Positions 1 through 8,686 of a stretch of 11,600 bases of DNA are shown here, piece after piece. This DNA comes from Pseudothermotoga sp. (GTDB lineage Bacteria; Thermotogota; Thermotogae; Thermotogales; DSM-5069), in contig JBEPZZ010000055.1 in the NCBI GenBank assembly GCA_041640575.1, positions 1 to 11,600 on the forward strand, read 5' to 3'. Position 1 is the first letter of the stretch; each line of letters begins with the position of its first letter. A program made the position numbers and the translations under genes. The notes beneath the pieces were generated by a model. The model had not been told where the DNA came from and searched no databases. It saw only the letters and a list, made by a program, of their open reading frames with translations.

Positions 1-1
1 T

Positions 2-658
2 CCTTTTGTACCGGTTGTCGGAGTTTCAATGGAAGAATGCGTAGAACTTTCAAAGGTCCTTGCTAAAAGAATAGGGGAAGAACTGAAAATTCCGGTATAT
101 CTATACGAGCGTTCTGCAACAGCACCACACAGAGAAAATTTAGCTGACATACGCAAAGGTGAATTCGAAGGATTCTTTGAGAAAATTAAAGATCCCATGT
201 GGAAGCCTGACTTCGGGCCAAACGAAGTTCACCCTACAGCTGGAGTTGTAGCTGTTGGGGCTCGCGAATATCTGATTGCTTTCAACGTGAATTTGGGAAC
301 CACTAGACTTGATATAGCTGAAAAGATTGCAAAAGCAGTCAGACACATTAGTGGCGGTTACAGATATGTAAAAGCAATAGCTGTAGATCTGAAAGAAAAA
401 GGATTGGTACAAGTATCCATGAACATGACTAACTACAAGAAAAGTCCTTTATTCAGGGTACTTGAGACAATTCGTAGAGAAGCGGAAAGATATGGTGTTC
501 CTGTTGTTGGTACCGAGATAGTCGGCATGGTTCCTCTTCAAGCAATGATAGATGTTGCACAATATTATCTCCAGCTTGATGACTTCAGCGTAGATAGGAT
601 CATAGAAAATCGTTTGTTGCAAATTTTAGCAACAGAGGAGGCCCATAAATCAAAATGA
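2..658 (+). CDS. ftcD: Glutamate formiminotransferase, 5'-truncated by window edge
   Basis: Frame is open from base 2 (PFVPVVGVSMEECVELSK), so the ATG at 29 is internal. Family motifs: IPVYLYE, RENLADIRKGEFEG, PDFGP..HPTAG..AVGAR..LIAFNVNL, VQVSMN.TNY, EIVG.VP. It ends without a fused cyclodeaminase domain. Confidence 0.93.
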   Translation, partial: PFVPVVGVSMEECVELSKVLAKRIGEELKIPVYLYERSATAPHRENLADIRKGEFEGFFEKIKDPMWKPDFGPNEVHPTAGVVAVGAREYLIAFNVNLGTTRLDIAEKIAKAVRHISGGYRYVKAIAVDLKEKGLVQVSMNMTNYKKSPLFRVLETIRREAERYGVPVVGTEIVGMVPLQAMIDVAQYYLQLDDFSVDRIIENRLLQILATEEAHKSK

Positions 659-1851
659 GCGATCTAGCGATTTTCGCGAAGAAACTTTACACAGCTGTCG
701 GGACTCAGCCAAAAAGAGGACTCGAATTGCAGAATGTACAGAAATACGAAAACGTCTACGTAATAATCGAACGTGGGACTATCAAGGAAATAACAAAGGA
801 AAAGCCCAGTGTAAAAAAGTACATCTCGGCTGACCTTGTTATTCCAGGTTTTGTCGATTGTCATACACACATACCATTCTATGGTTACCGCGAATTGGAT
901 TTTCTCAAAAGAGTTGGAGGATTGAGTTATCTTAGTATTCATAGCTCAGGTGGTGGAATATACGAAAGTGTTGAAAAACTTCGAAAAGTAGAGCTATCAG
1001 AATTGTTGCGCTTTAATATTCGTTTATTATTCAGGTACTTCAAAAAGGGTGTTACTACTATTGAAGGTAAGACAGGTTATGGCTTGGACGAACCAAGTGA
1101 ACTAAAACAGTTACAGGCTTTGGATATTTTGGCGAAAGTCACACCAGTTACAATTGTTTCAACTTTCATGGGAGCACACGCAGTACCCAAGGGTGTTAGT
1201 TCAAGCGAATACATCGAACAACTTGAAAAGATGCTTGAGACTTTCTCAACGCGATGCCAGTTCATCGACATATTCTGCGATACAGGCGCTTTCAACTTGA
1301 AGGAGACTGAGAAAATAATACTCAAAGCAAAGAAAATAGGTTATAAAATCCGGGTTCATGCTGATGAAATCGAACGAACTGGAGCAACACAACTTGCCTT
1401 AAAACACAGTGCAGTATCAGTAGAGCATGTTTTGAAAATAAATGACGAAGATATAGACTTGCTTTCAAAAAGTGATACATTTGCGGTGCTAATGCCGGCT
1501 ACAAGTTACTATTTGAATGAGAATTATGCGCCAGCAAGAAAGTTGATAGAAAAAAATGCTTTAGTGGCCTTGGCTAGCGATTTTAATCCAGGGTCAAGTC
1601 CTGTTATTGAACCATCTTTTGTCATGAACTTAGCTATTAGGTATTTGAAAATGAATCCGCACGAAGTACTCACAGCTTTCACATTGAATTCGGCAGCAGT
1701 TCTTGGCTTGGCGGATAGAATCGGGACCATCGAGCCTGGAAAAGACGCAAATTTAATACTCTACAATGACGCAGACTTGGAAACGATAATGTATTTGATA
1801 GGCATTACGCCTGATGTGGTTATAAAGAGGGGACAAATCTTTGAAAATTAG
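655..1851 (+). CDS. hutI: Imidazolonepropionase (amidohydrolase superfamily, histidine utilisation)
   Basis: Motifs PGFVDCHTH, Y..I...GGGI, GVTTIEGKTGYGL, TFMGAHAVP, DIFCD, HADE, ASDFNPGSSP, GTIEPGKDA. ATGA overlap with ftcD and an upstream GAGGAGG Shine-Dalgarno (SD). Confidence 0.92.
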   Translation: MSDLAIFAKKLYTAVGTQPKRGLELQNVQKYENVYVIIERGTIKEITKEKPSVKKYISADLVIPGFVDCHTHIPFYGYRELDFLKRVGGLSYLSIHSSGGGIYESVEKLRKVELSELLRFNIRLLFRYFKKGVTTIEGKTGYGLDEPSELKQLQALDILAKVTPVTIVSTFMGAHAVPKGVSSSEYIEQLEKMLETFSTRCQFIDIFCDTGAFNLKETEKIILKAKKIGYKIRVHADEIERTGATQLALKHSAVSVEHVLKINDEDIDLLSKSDTFAVLMPATSYYLNENYAPARKLIEKNALVALASDFNPGSSPVIEPSFVMNLAIRYLKMNPHEVLTAFTLNSAAVLGLADRIGTIEPGKDANLILYNDADLETIMYLIGITPDVVIKRGQIFEN

Positions 1852-2302
1852 TGTTATTGTTCTTGGAAAGCTAAAAAGCTTTGCATCGATTGCTGTAGAT
1901 GAGTACTTGAAGATGCTGCAAGGCTACGTCAAAGTGGAAGTTATACAAATGAAAGCCGTTACCTACTCCCAGTCAAAAAGGGACGAGCGGCTGTTGAACC
2001 AGCAAACGCTGCAAGTTCTAAATCATTTGAAGGATGAATATGTAGTTTTGCTTGACGAAAGAGGAAAAGAATATGATTCAATAATGTTTTCAAAACATTT
2101 TGAAGAGCTACTTTCGAAAGCAAAAGATCTGGTATTCATAGTAGGTGGTCCTTTTGGTGTGAATGAAGAGTTGAAAAAACGTGCTAATGAACTATTTTCC
2201 CTTTCCAAATTAACCTTTACGCATCAACTTGCAGTTGTTATATTATTGGAACAACTGCTTCGAGCTTTTAAGATAATCAATGGGGAAAAGTATCATTATT
2301 GA
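1841..2302 (+). CDS. rlmH: 23S rRNA (pseudouridine1915-N3)-methyltransferase RlmH (SPOUT family)
   Basis: 153 aa with MKI.VI.LGK, LDERGK..DS..FS, FIVGGP.G, SLSKLTFTHQL..VILLEQL.RAF.I..G.KYH. TTG start after GAGGGG, overlapping the hutI 3' end. Confidence 0.95.
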   Translation: MKISVIVLGKLKSFASIAVDEYLKMLQGYVKVEVIQMKAVTYSQSKRDERLLNQQTLQVLNHLKDEYVVLLDERGKEYDSIMFSKHFEELLSKAKDLVFIVGGPFGVNEELKKRANELFSLSKLTFTHQLAVVILLEQLLRAFKIINGEKYHY

Positions 2303-2316
2303 GGAGGGATAGAAAG

Positions 2317-3606
2317 GTGGAAGATCCATCGAGTAGCGGATATGAGCTGCTCCTGAGATTACTGGGAATCTTAATTTTGATGATCCTCTCGGCATTGTTC
2401 TCGGCCTCAGAAACTGCTCTAACATCGATCAGCAAGCTGAAACTGCTGAAGAAAGACGAGAAAGAAAAGATTGTTAAGGTCAATAGGCTTTTAACGGCAA
2501 TCTTGGTTTCGAATAATTTCGTCAACCTCCTGCTTTCCTCGATTGCCACCGTGCTTTTTATTAGATTATTTTCTGGTTTAAGTGAAGGAATAGTTGTGAT
2601 CCTCGCCACTGTTTTTGTGACTATCACTCTGCTCATATTTGGTGAAATCACGCCAAAAATATACGCAAGAGAATATGCAGAAAAAGTTTACGAGAGATCT
2701 GTCAAAATCATAACTATAATTGAGAAATTGTTATCACCAATGACTAAAATTCTTCTAGCGATCAGCAATAAATTGGTAAAACTAGTTGGTGGTCAAGCGA
2801 TGGAAAGTACACCATTCATTACCAGTGATGACATAGTTGCCGCCGTCAACAGAGGCAAAGAAGAGGGGACAATCGATCATCAAGAGGGGATGATCGTTGA
2901 AAGAACCTTTGAAATGAGTGAAACAACGATTAAAGAAATAATGACACCAAGAGTGGATGTCATAGCTATTGAAGAAACCGCATCTCTCCAAGAATTGATG
3001 GAACTCGTCGAAAAAGAAGGCTACTCAAGGATCCCAGTGTATAGAGAAGATATAGACAATATTGTAGGTGTTTGTTACGCCAAGGACATTGTTGGAATTC
3101 TTGTAAAAACATCGGAGAGGGATTTGATTAACAAAAAAGTTAAAGATATAATGAGGGAGCCGATCTTCGTTCCTGAGACAATGAAAGTAAGTACACTTCT
3201 GAAAATTTTCAAAGAGAAGAAGGTTCATCTTGCGATAGTTGTTGATGAATTTGGTGGAACTGCAGGTGTAGTATCGCTAGAAGATATAATTGAAGAACTT
3301 GTTGGTGAAATAATGGATGAATACGACTACGATGAAGTCAACATCGTCAAGAAAATTTCGGAAAACACATTTCTTGTAAAGGCTACTGCGCCGATAAATG
3401 ATTTGGCAAGAGAATTGAATATCGAATTTCCTGAAACGGAGCACGAAACACTGGCCGGATATTTGCTCGAATGCTTCCAACGAATTCCATCTGCAGGTGA
3501 AGAAATAAGCATCGGAAAATTTCACTTTAAAATTGTAGCCGCAACCAAGAATCGAATAGAAAGAATACTACTCACAATAAAGGAGAATGAGAATGTCGAA
3601 GAATGA
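2317..3606 (+). CDS. Hemolysin-family / CNNM (DUF21)-CBS-CorC_HlyC membrane protein, putative Mg2+/Co2+ transporter
   Basis: N-terminal transmembrane region with LSALFSASETA, ILVSNN.VN, FGEITPK; CBS pair (IMTPRVD, GYSRIPVY, FVPE, AIVVDEFGGT.G.VSLEDIIEELVGEI.DE); C-terminal TLAGYL CorC_HlyC domain. GTG at 2317 is preferred over TTG at 2299 because it follows GAGGAGG (2301-2307). Confidence 0.9.
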   Translation: MEDPSSSGYELLLRLLGILILMILSALFSASETALTSISKLKLLKKDEKEKIVKVNRLLTAILVSNNFVNLLLSSIATVLFIRLFSGLSEGIVVILATVFVTITLLIFGEITPKIYAREYAEKVYERSVKIITIIEKLLSPMTKILLAISNKLVKLVGGQAMESTPFITSDDIVAAVNRGKEEGTIDHQEGMIVERTFEMSETTIKEIMTPRVDVIAIEETASLQELMELVEKEGYSRIPVYREDIDNIVGVCYAKDIVGILVKTSERDLINKKVKDIMREPIFVPETMKVSTLLKIFKEKKVHLAIVVDEFGGTAGVVSLEDIIEELVGEIMDEYDYDEVNIVKKISENTFLVKATAPINDLARELNIEFPETEHETLAGYLLECFQRIPSAGEEISIGKFHFKIVAATKNRIERILLTIKENENVEE

Positions 3607-3988
3607 AGAACTAATTAAACTGGCTATACAAGCTATGCAAAGAGCTTATGCACCGTATTCCAACTTCAAGGTAGGCGCAGTCCTTGTGACAAAGACAGGT
3701 AAAATCTTTGCAGGTTGCAACGTCGAAAACTCTTCCTATGGTTTGACAGTATGTGCCGAACGCGTTGCAATCTTCTCCGCAGTAGCAAGCGGGGAAAGAG
3801 AGTTTGAAAAGCTAGTTGTTGTCACAGATACGCCCGAACCTGCTAGCCCATGTGGTGCATGCAGGCAAGTTATGGCAGAATTCGGAAATTTCGAAGTCGT
3901 TTTAGCCAACACAAAAGGAGCAATCTTTATAACAACAGTTGAAAAGCTACTTCCATATGCGTTCAAAATGAGGAGTGATCAAAGTTGA
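3593..3988 (+). CDS. cdd: Cytidine deaminase (homotetrameric type)
   Basis: [22 protein letters not shown], zinc motifs CAER and PCGACRQ, LLPYAF. ATG at 3593 is 7 nt after AGGAG (3581-3585). Confidence 0.96.
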   Translation: MSKNEELIKLAIQAMQRAYAPYSNFKVGAVLVTKTGKIFAGCNVENSSYGLTVCAERVAIFSAVASGEREFEKLVVVTDTPEPASPCGACRQVMAEFGNFEVVLANTKGAIFITTVEKLLPYAFKMRSDQS

Positions 3989-4872
3989 AATCCGGTTTTG
4001 TCACATTAGTTGGTAGGCCAAACGTTGGAAAATCCAGTCTTATAAACTTGTTTTTGGGTAGAAAAGCACTTATAGTTACAGAGAAGCCTCAAACAACTAG
4101 AAATACCATAAGGTGTATATACAATGACAACGAAAGTCAAATAATCTTTGTTGATACGCCTGGCATTCATGAACCGGTTCATAGACTCGGTGAATTAATG
4201 ATTAAATCAGCAATTCAGGCTTTAAAGCACGTTGATTTGATTTTATTTGTGATCGATGCGACAAGGGGCTTTGGAGATCCCGAAGAAAGGATTTGTGGCA
4301 TTCTAAATCAAACAAGTAACAAGATCTTTTTGGTTGTTAACAAGATAGATATTGCTGAAGGCTATGACAAGATTCCCGAACTGGTACAGCAAAGATTGAC
4401 TTTTGACAAAAAGTTTTTCACAAGTGTTATCAAAGGTATAGGTATCGATGAAGTTCTTCAAGCCATAAAAGAAGTACTTCCAGAGGGTCCCCAATACTTC
4501 CCGGACGATATGGTTACTGACAGACCAATTTCCTTCCAGATTTCAGAAATAATTCGAGAAAAAGTCCTTCTTCTTACGCGTGATGAGGTTCCACATTGTG
4601 TTGCGGTCTTAGTCGATGAAATTGCTGAAAGGGAAAACGGTCTTCTTTACATTGCTGCTACCATATATGTTGAACGCGAGTCGCAGAAAGGAATTCTCAT
4701 AGGAAAGAATGGGGCAATGATTAAGCAAATAGGCACCCTGGCCCGCCTTGAAATAGAACAACTCGTTGGTAAAAGAGTTTATCTTGATCTTCATGTAAAA
4801 GTGAAAAAGGGTTGGAGAAACAAAGATTTCATAATTCTAAATGAGATTGGCATGAAAGACGAAATAGAGTAA
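3985..4872 (+). CDS. era: GTPase Era
   Basis: G1 [15 protein letters not shown]3 DTPG, G4 NKID, and KH domain IIREK...EVPH...[21 protein letters not shown] start in a TTGA overlap with cdd, preceded by GAGGAG. Confidence 0.97.
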   Translation: MKSGFVTLVGRPNVGKSSLINLFLGRKALIVTEKPQTTRNTIRCIYNDNESQIIFVDTPGIHEPVHRLGELMIKSAIQALKHVDLILFVIDATRGFGDPEERICGILNQTSNKIFLVVNKIDIAEGYDKIPELVQQRLTFDKKFFTSVIKGIGIDEVLQAIKEVLPEGPQYFPDDMVTDRPISFQISEIIREKVLLLTRDEVPHCVAVLVDEIAERENGLLYIAATIYVERESQKGILIGKNGAMIKQIGTLARLEIEQLVGKRVYLDLHVKVKKGWRNKDFIILNEIGMKDEIE

Positions 4873-4912
4873 TTGAGAAAGTTCTACACTCAGTAAAGAA
4901 GGAGCTCCTCAT

Positions 4913-6046
4913 ATGGATAGCAGAAATACCTACGTTCTAATAGATGTGGACAACTATATAAGTAATCTTGATTTTTTTCGAAAATACTGTGAACCAGCAA
5001 AAATCATGCCGGTTCTGAAAGCGAATGCATATGGTCATGGAGCTGTTGTTCTCTCCAAAGTTGCTGAAAAAGCAGGTTATGATTTTTTTGCAGTTGCTTT
5101 CTTAGAGGAAGCAATTGAGCTTCGTAAGAATGGGATCAGCTCAGACATACTTGTATTGAATTTCGTAGCACCCGAAATGCTTCAGCTAGCTGAAGAAATG
5201 AACATAACAATCACGCTGTACGGTTTCCAGCAACTGGAAAGATACAAAACCGTTCCCTTCAGACCAAAAGCACATATTGAGATAGACACTGGTATGAGGC
5301 GGATAGGTATCGAACCGGAAGAGGCAGACGACTTTTTCAAGCAAGCCAGAAATCTCGGTTTCTATGTAGAAGGTGCCTACACTCATCTATCAGTAGCTGA
5401 TGAATTGAAAAAGGAGAGCAGAGAGTTTACGGAAGAACAAATAAGCAAGTTTTTGAAATACGTTCCTGATGTAAATATCAGACATGTTTGTAACACGGCA
5501 GCAGCTATTCAAAAGCTTGGTAAATGTTTCGATTATGTGCGCGTCGGGATTGGAAGTTACGGTCTAAATCCAAGTGGTGAATTATACCTTGGTCAGTTGA
5601 AACCTGTACTGAGTTGGAAAACAATAGTGTCGCACGTAAAGTGGGTCAAGAAAGGTGATGGCATAAGTTATGGTAGAACCTACATAGCTCCAAACGATAT
5701 GAAGATTGCAACGGTACCTGTTGGGTATGCCGATGGATATTGGAGAAATCTTTCTAACCGTGGTCAAGTGTTAATAAAAGGTACAAGATGTAAAATAGTG
5801 GGGAAAATTTGTATGGATCAGTTCATGGTTGATGTGTCTCATCTTCAAAATATCTCAATCGGGGATGAAGTTGTTTTAATAGGAGAACAAGACAATGAAC
5901 AGATTACAGCTGAGGAGATTGCAAAACTTGCAGGAACCATAAATTATGAGGTAACAAGTCGGATTGGTAATCGTGTTCTGCGCGTGTTTGTGGGATCCTG
6001 CATCAGCGAGTTTGAGGATTACGAAAGAAAGATTAGTATTCGCTAG
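4913..6046 (+). CDS. alr: Alanine racemase (fold-type III PLP enzyme)
   Basis: VLKANAYGHG (PLP lysine), VAFLEEA..LR, IDTGMRRIG, YTHLSVAD, VRVGI..YG, ISYGRTY (catalytic Tyr), PVGYADG, GKICMDQ, TINYEV. SD AAGGAG upstream. Confidence 0.94.
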   Translation: MDSRNTYVLIDVDNYISNLDFFRKYCEPAKIMPVLKANAYGHGAVVLSKVAEKAGYDFFAVAFLEEAIELRKNGISSDILVLNFVAPEMLQLAEEMNITITLYGFQQLERYKTVPFRPKAHIEIDTGMRRIGIEPEEADDFFKQARNLGFYVEGAYTHLSVADELKKESREFTEEQISKFLKYVPDVNIRHVCNTAAAIQKLGKCFDYVRVGIGSYGLNPSGELYLGQLKPVLSWKTIVSHVKWVKKGDGISYGRTYIAPNDMKIATVPVGYADGYWRNLSNRGQVLIKGTRCKIVGKICMDQFMVDVSHLQNISIGDEVVLIGEQDNEQITAEEIAKLAGTINYEVTSRIGNRVLRVFVGSCISEFEDYERKISIR

Positions 6047-6078
6047 TTATCGTTACTTTTTGTTGGGGGTTGCTAAGG

Positions 6079-7140
6079 ATGCCGATTCTTGAGATATTTT
6101 TATCAAAAATTGCCGAAAATGCAAGAAAAATACTCTCTATTTGTAAGCTCAATGGAATAGAAGTTGTCGGAGTTACGAAAGTAACCCTTGGAGATCCGAA
6201 GATAGCCCAAACTCTTCGAGAAGCCGGGATAACTATCCTTGCAGAATCAAGAATTCAAAACATCGAGAGACTTATAGCTAGCGGTGTTGATGGTCCATTC
6301 ATGATGATAAGGATCCCACCAAGAAGTGAGCTGAAGAAAGTAGTTCAGCACTGCGAGTACATTCTTGTTTCAGAGCCGCAAACTGTGAATTGGATTGAGG
6401 AACTGTCACAAGAACTCTCAAAGAAACCGAAACTGATCTATATGGTCGACATTGGTGATCTACGTGAAGGCGTCTGGTACAAAGAATCAGTGGAAGAAAT
6501 TCTTCAGGCTTCCAAATTATGCAAAAGGTCAGAAATAGTTGGAATTGGAACAAACCTTGGTTGTTATGGTGGTGTAATTCCAACAAAGCAGATACTATCA
6601 AGGCTTCTGTCTATAAAACAAGATTTGTCTAAAGGTGGCTTGAATATCTCCATCGTTTCAGGTGGGTCAACTGCTACTCTGAAATTGCTCGAAGAAGGAA
6701 ACCTTCCAGACGGAATAAATCAGTTGAGAATTGGTGAAGCGATAATTCTTGGAACCGATGTGACAAACAATAGAACCATCAACTGGTTGAACCAAGACAC
6801 TGTGATTCTAAAGGCAGAGGTCATAGAGATTAAAACCAAGCCTTCTGTTCCAGAAGGAGAAATTGGTTTCGATGCTTTTGGAAGAAAACCACAATTCATT
6901 GACAGAGGTCCAAGGAAAAGGGCTATTCTTGCACTAGGGGAACAAGACACCGCTCCAAAACAGCTTATTCCAGTGCAACAAGCTATGGAAATCATACACG
7001 CCTCCAGTGATCATACTTTGGTTGATGTAACAAACTATGGAGCTAATCTATCTCTCGGCGATTTTGTTAGTTTTCGTCTAACTTATGCGGCACTCTTACG
7101 AGCAATGACATGCCCTCATGTTGATAAAATTTATCTATAA
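6079..7140 (+). CDS. Alanine/ornithine racemase-family PLP-dependent enzyme (Orr/YhfX-like; possible lysine/ornithine racemase)
   Basis: GVTKV (PLP lysine), AESRIQN, MVDIGDLREG, GTNLGCYGG, SGGST, QLRIGEAIILG, AEVIEIKTKPS.P.G.IG.DAFG, ASSDH, Y.ALL.AMT. ATG at 6079 follows GGGGGT (6065-6070). Family call is firm; substrate is inferred. Confidence 0.85.
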   Translation: MPILEIFLSKIAENARKILSICKLNGIEVVGVTKVTLGDPKIAQTLREAGITILAESRIQNIERLIASGVDGPFMMIRIPPRSELKKVVQHCEYILVSEPQTVNWIEELSQELSKKPKLIYMVDIGDLREGVWYKESVEEILQASKLCKRSEIVGIGTNLGCYGGVIPTKQILSRLLSIKQDLSKGGLNISIVSGGSTATLKLLEEGNLPDGINQLRIGEAIILGTDVTNNRTINWLNQDTVILKAEVIEIKTKPSVPEGEIGFDAFGRKPQFIDRGPRKRAILALGEQDTAPKQLIPVQQAMEIIHASSDHTLVDVTNYGANLSLGDFVSFRLTYAALLRAMTCPHVDKIYL

Positions 7141-7152
7141 GGAGGAAAAGTG

Positions 7153-8516
7153 ATGAGATTCCTTAGTGAAAAATACCTGCTTTCAAGTGATTTCGCTTTG
7201 GTACTGTATGAGTCTGTGAAAGATCTCCCAATTGTGGACGCACACAACCATGGTGATGTCAAAGAGATTCTCGAAAACAATGGTTGGAAAGACATATGGG
7301 AGGTCGAAGCTGCCACTGATCACTACGTGTGGGAATTGATGAGAAGATGCGGCGTAGACGAAGACCGAATCACGGGTAAAGCAACAAACTATGAGAAATG
7401 GCTCGCTTTGGCAAAAGTTTTCCCAAAGTTTGTAGGAAATCCAACTTATGAGTGGGTTCATTTGGATTTACGAAGAAGATTTGGCGTAGAGGAAATCATT
7501 CGTGCAGAGACTGCTGAAGTCATATGGAACAAAACAAAAGAACTTTTGAAAAGAGAAGACATGAAACCTCGCCAGCTTCTAATGAATATGAATGTAGAGG
7601 TTATGTGCACAACAGATGATCCAACTGATAGTTTGGAATATCACAAAAGGTTGAGACAAGAATTCGAAGTAGTAAAAATTTTGCCAACTTGGAGACCAGA
7701 TAAAAGCTGCAGAATCGACAAACCGGAGTGGAAAGTTATTTGAAGAAACTTCAAGAAAGAACGAATATCCTAGTTTCGAATGTTGAAAGTTTTGTGGAAG
7801 CTTTGAAGAAAACTCACGACTATTTTGCGGAAGTTGGTTGCCGATGCTCGGATCATGCAATAGTTGAGCCGAACTTTGAACACATTTCAAAACAAGAAGC
7901 AGAAGCCATATTTACCATGGCTTTGAAAGGCAACGCAACCGAAAAAGATGCTGAGAAGTTCCTAGGCTACATGATGTACCGTTTTGGGGAGATGAACGTC
8001 GAGAAAGGTTGGACAATGCAACTTCACATTGGTGCACTGAGAGATTATCGTGATAAACTCTATAGAAACCTTGGGCCTGACAGTGGTGGAGATGTCGTAG
8101 CAGGATACGTAAACATTGCAAAGGGTATGAGACAATTCCTCAACTATTTTGACGGAAAACTCAAAATTGTTCTTTACTGTCTGGATCCAGCCTATCTTCC
8201 TGTTGCTGCAACCATAGCGCGCGCCTTTGAAAATGTCTTTCTTGGAGCTCCATGGTGGTTCAACGATAGCCCCTATGGTATGAGGACACAACTCGAATAT
8301 ATAGCAACCGTTGATCTGTTAAGTAATTTCGTTGGAATGGTCACAGATTCTCGAAAGCTGATGTCTTACGGATCTCGTACGGAAATGTTCAGACGTGTTT
8401 TGTGCGATGTCGTCGGTAACATGGTTGAGAGAGGGCAAATTCCCGAGTCAGAAGCTTTTGAACTTTGCATGAGTCTTTCATATTCAAGACCAAAAGAATT
8501 CTTTTTCGGGAGATGA
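7153..8516 (+). pseudogene. uxaC: Uronate (glucuronate) isomerase, split by a 1-nt frameshift at ~7732-7734 (pseudogene or sequencing error)
   Basis: ORF 7153-7743 has PIVDAHNH, TDHYVWELMR..GV, GNPTYEWVHLDL, CTTDDP, PTWRPD. ORF 7728-8516 has SDH, MQLHIGALR, GPDSGGD, GAPWWFND, GMVTDSR...Y..R.EMFRR. One extra A gives a continuous 454 aa protein reading KPEW-KSYLKKL. Strong SD TAAGGAGG at 7138-7145. Confidence 0.92.
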
Positions 8517-8521
8517 AATCT

Positions 8522-8686
8522 ATGGAATTTACAGAGGCTGATAGAAAGAAAATTGAAAAGAAAATGAAAGAAGGTTACGAGCTAGTCGAAATTTTGGTAA
8601 AAGAGAAGGGATACAGGTACGCTATAATGCACAAAAACGAAAATTACATAGCAGTCAAATTATCTAAGGAAAAAAGGACGGAATGA
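8522..8686 (+). CDS. Small hypothetical protein (54 aa, Lys/Glu-rich)
   Basis: Fills the gap between the uxaC stop and the terminator. GGGAG (8508-8512) precedes ATG 8522; an alternative ATG at 8513 forms an ATGA overlap with the uxaC stop. Purine-rich codons like neighbouring genes. No family recognised. Confidence 0.62.
   Translation: MEFTEADRKKIEKKMKEGYELVEILVKEKGYRYAIMHKNENYIAVKLSKEKRTE

Noticed and set aside
2317..3606. 'Hemolysin' as a toxin or virulence factor
   Set aside because: The DUF21-CBS-CorC architecture is the widespread CNNM/CorB Mg2+ transporter family; the hemolysin label is historical.
4873..4899. Possible internal promoter for alr (TTGAGA; TACACT or TAAAGA)
   Set aside because: The spacing between candidate -35 and -10 elements (6 or 15 nt) or the -10 match is poor.
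7725..7760. Programmed -1 ribosomal frameshift in uxaC
   Set aside because: No canonical slippery heptamer in the correct frame and no evident downstream stimulatory hairpin.
140..8291. Numerous 60-124 aa - strand ORFs opposite the + strand operon (e.g. 2277-2651, 6299-6601, 7579-7890, 7962-8291)
   Set aside because: They lie antisense to well-supported genes, have no recognisable motifs, and have the composition of shadow ORFs.
8465..8512. Longer 73 aa version of the small ORF
   Set aside because: It overlaps the uxaC 3' end by 52 nt with no SD, whereas 8513 and 8522 have initiation signals.
7728..8516. uxaC C-terminal half as an independent gene starting at GTG 7728
   Set aside because: The break falls inside the catalytic domain, the nearest GGAG abuts the GTG rather than being properly spaced, and a one-base correction restores the normal full-length protein.
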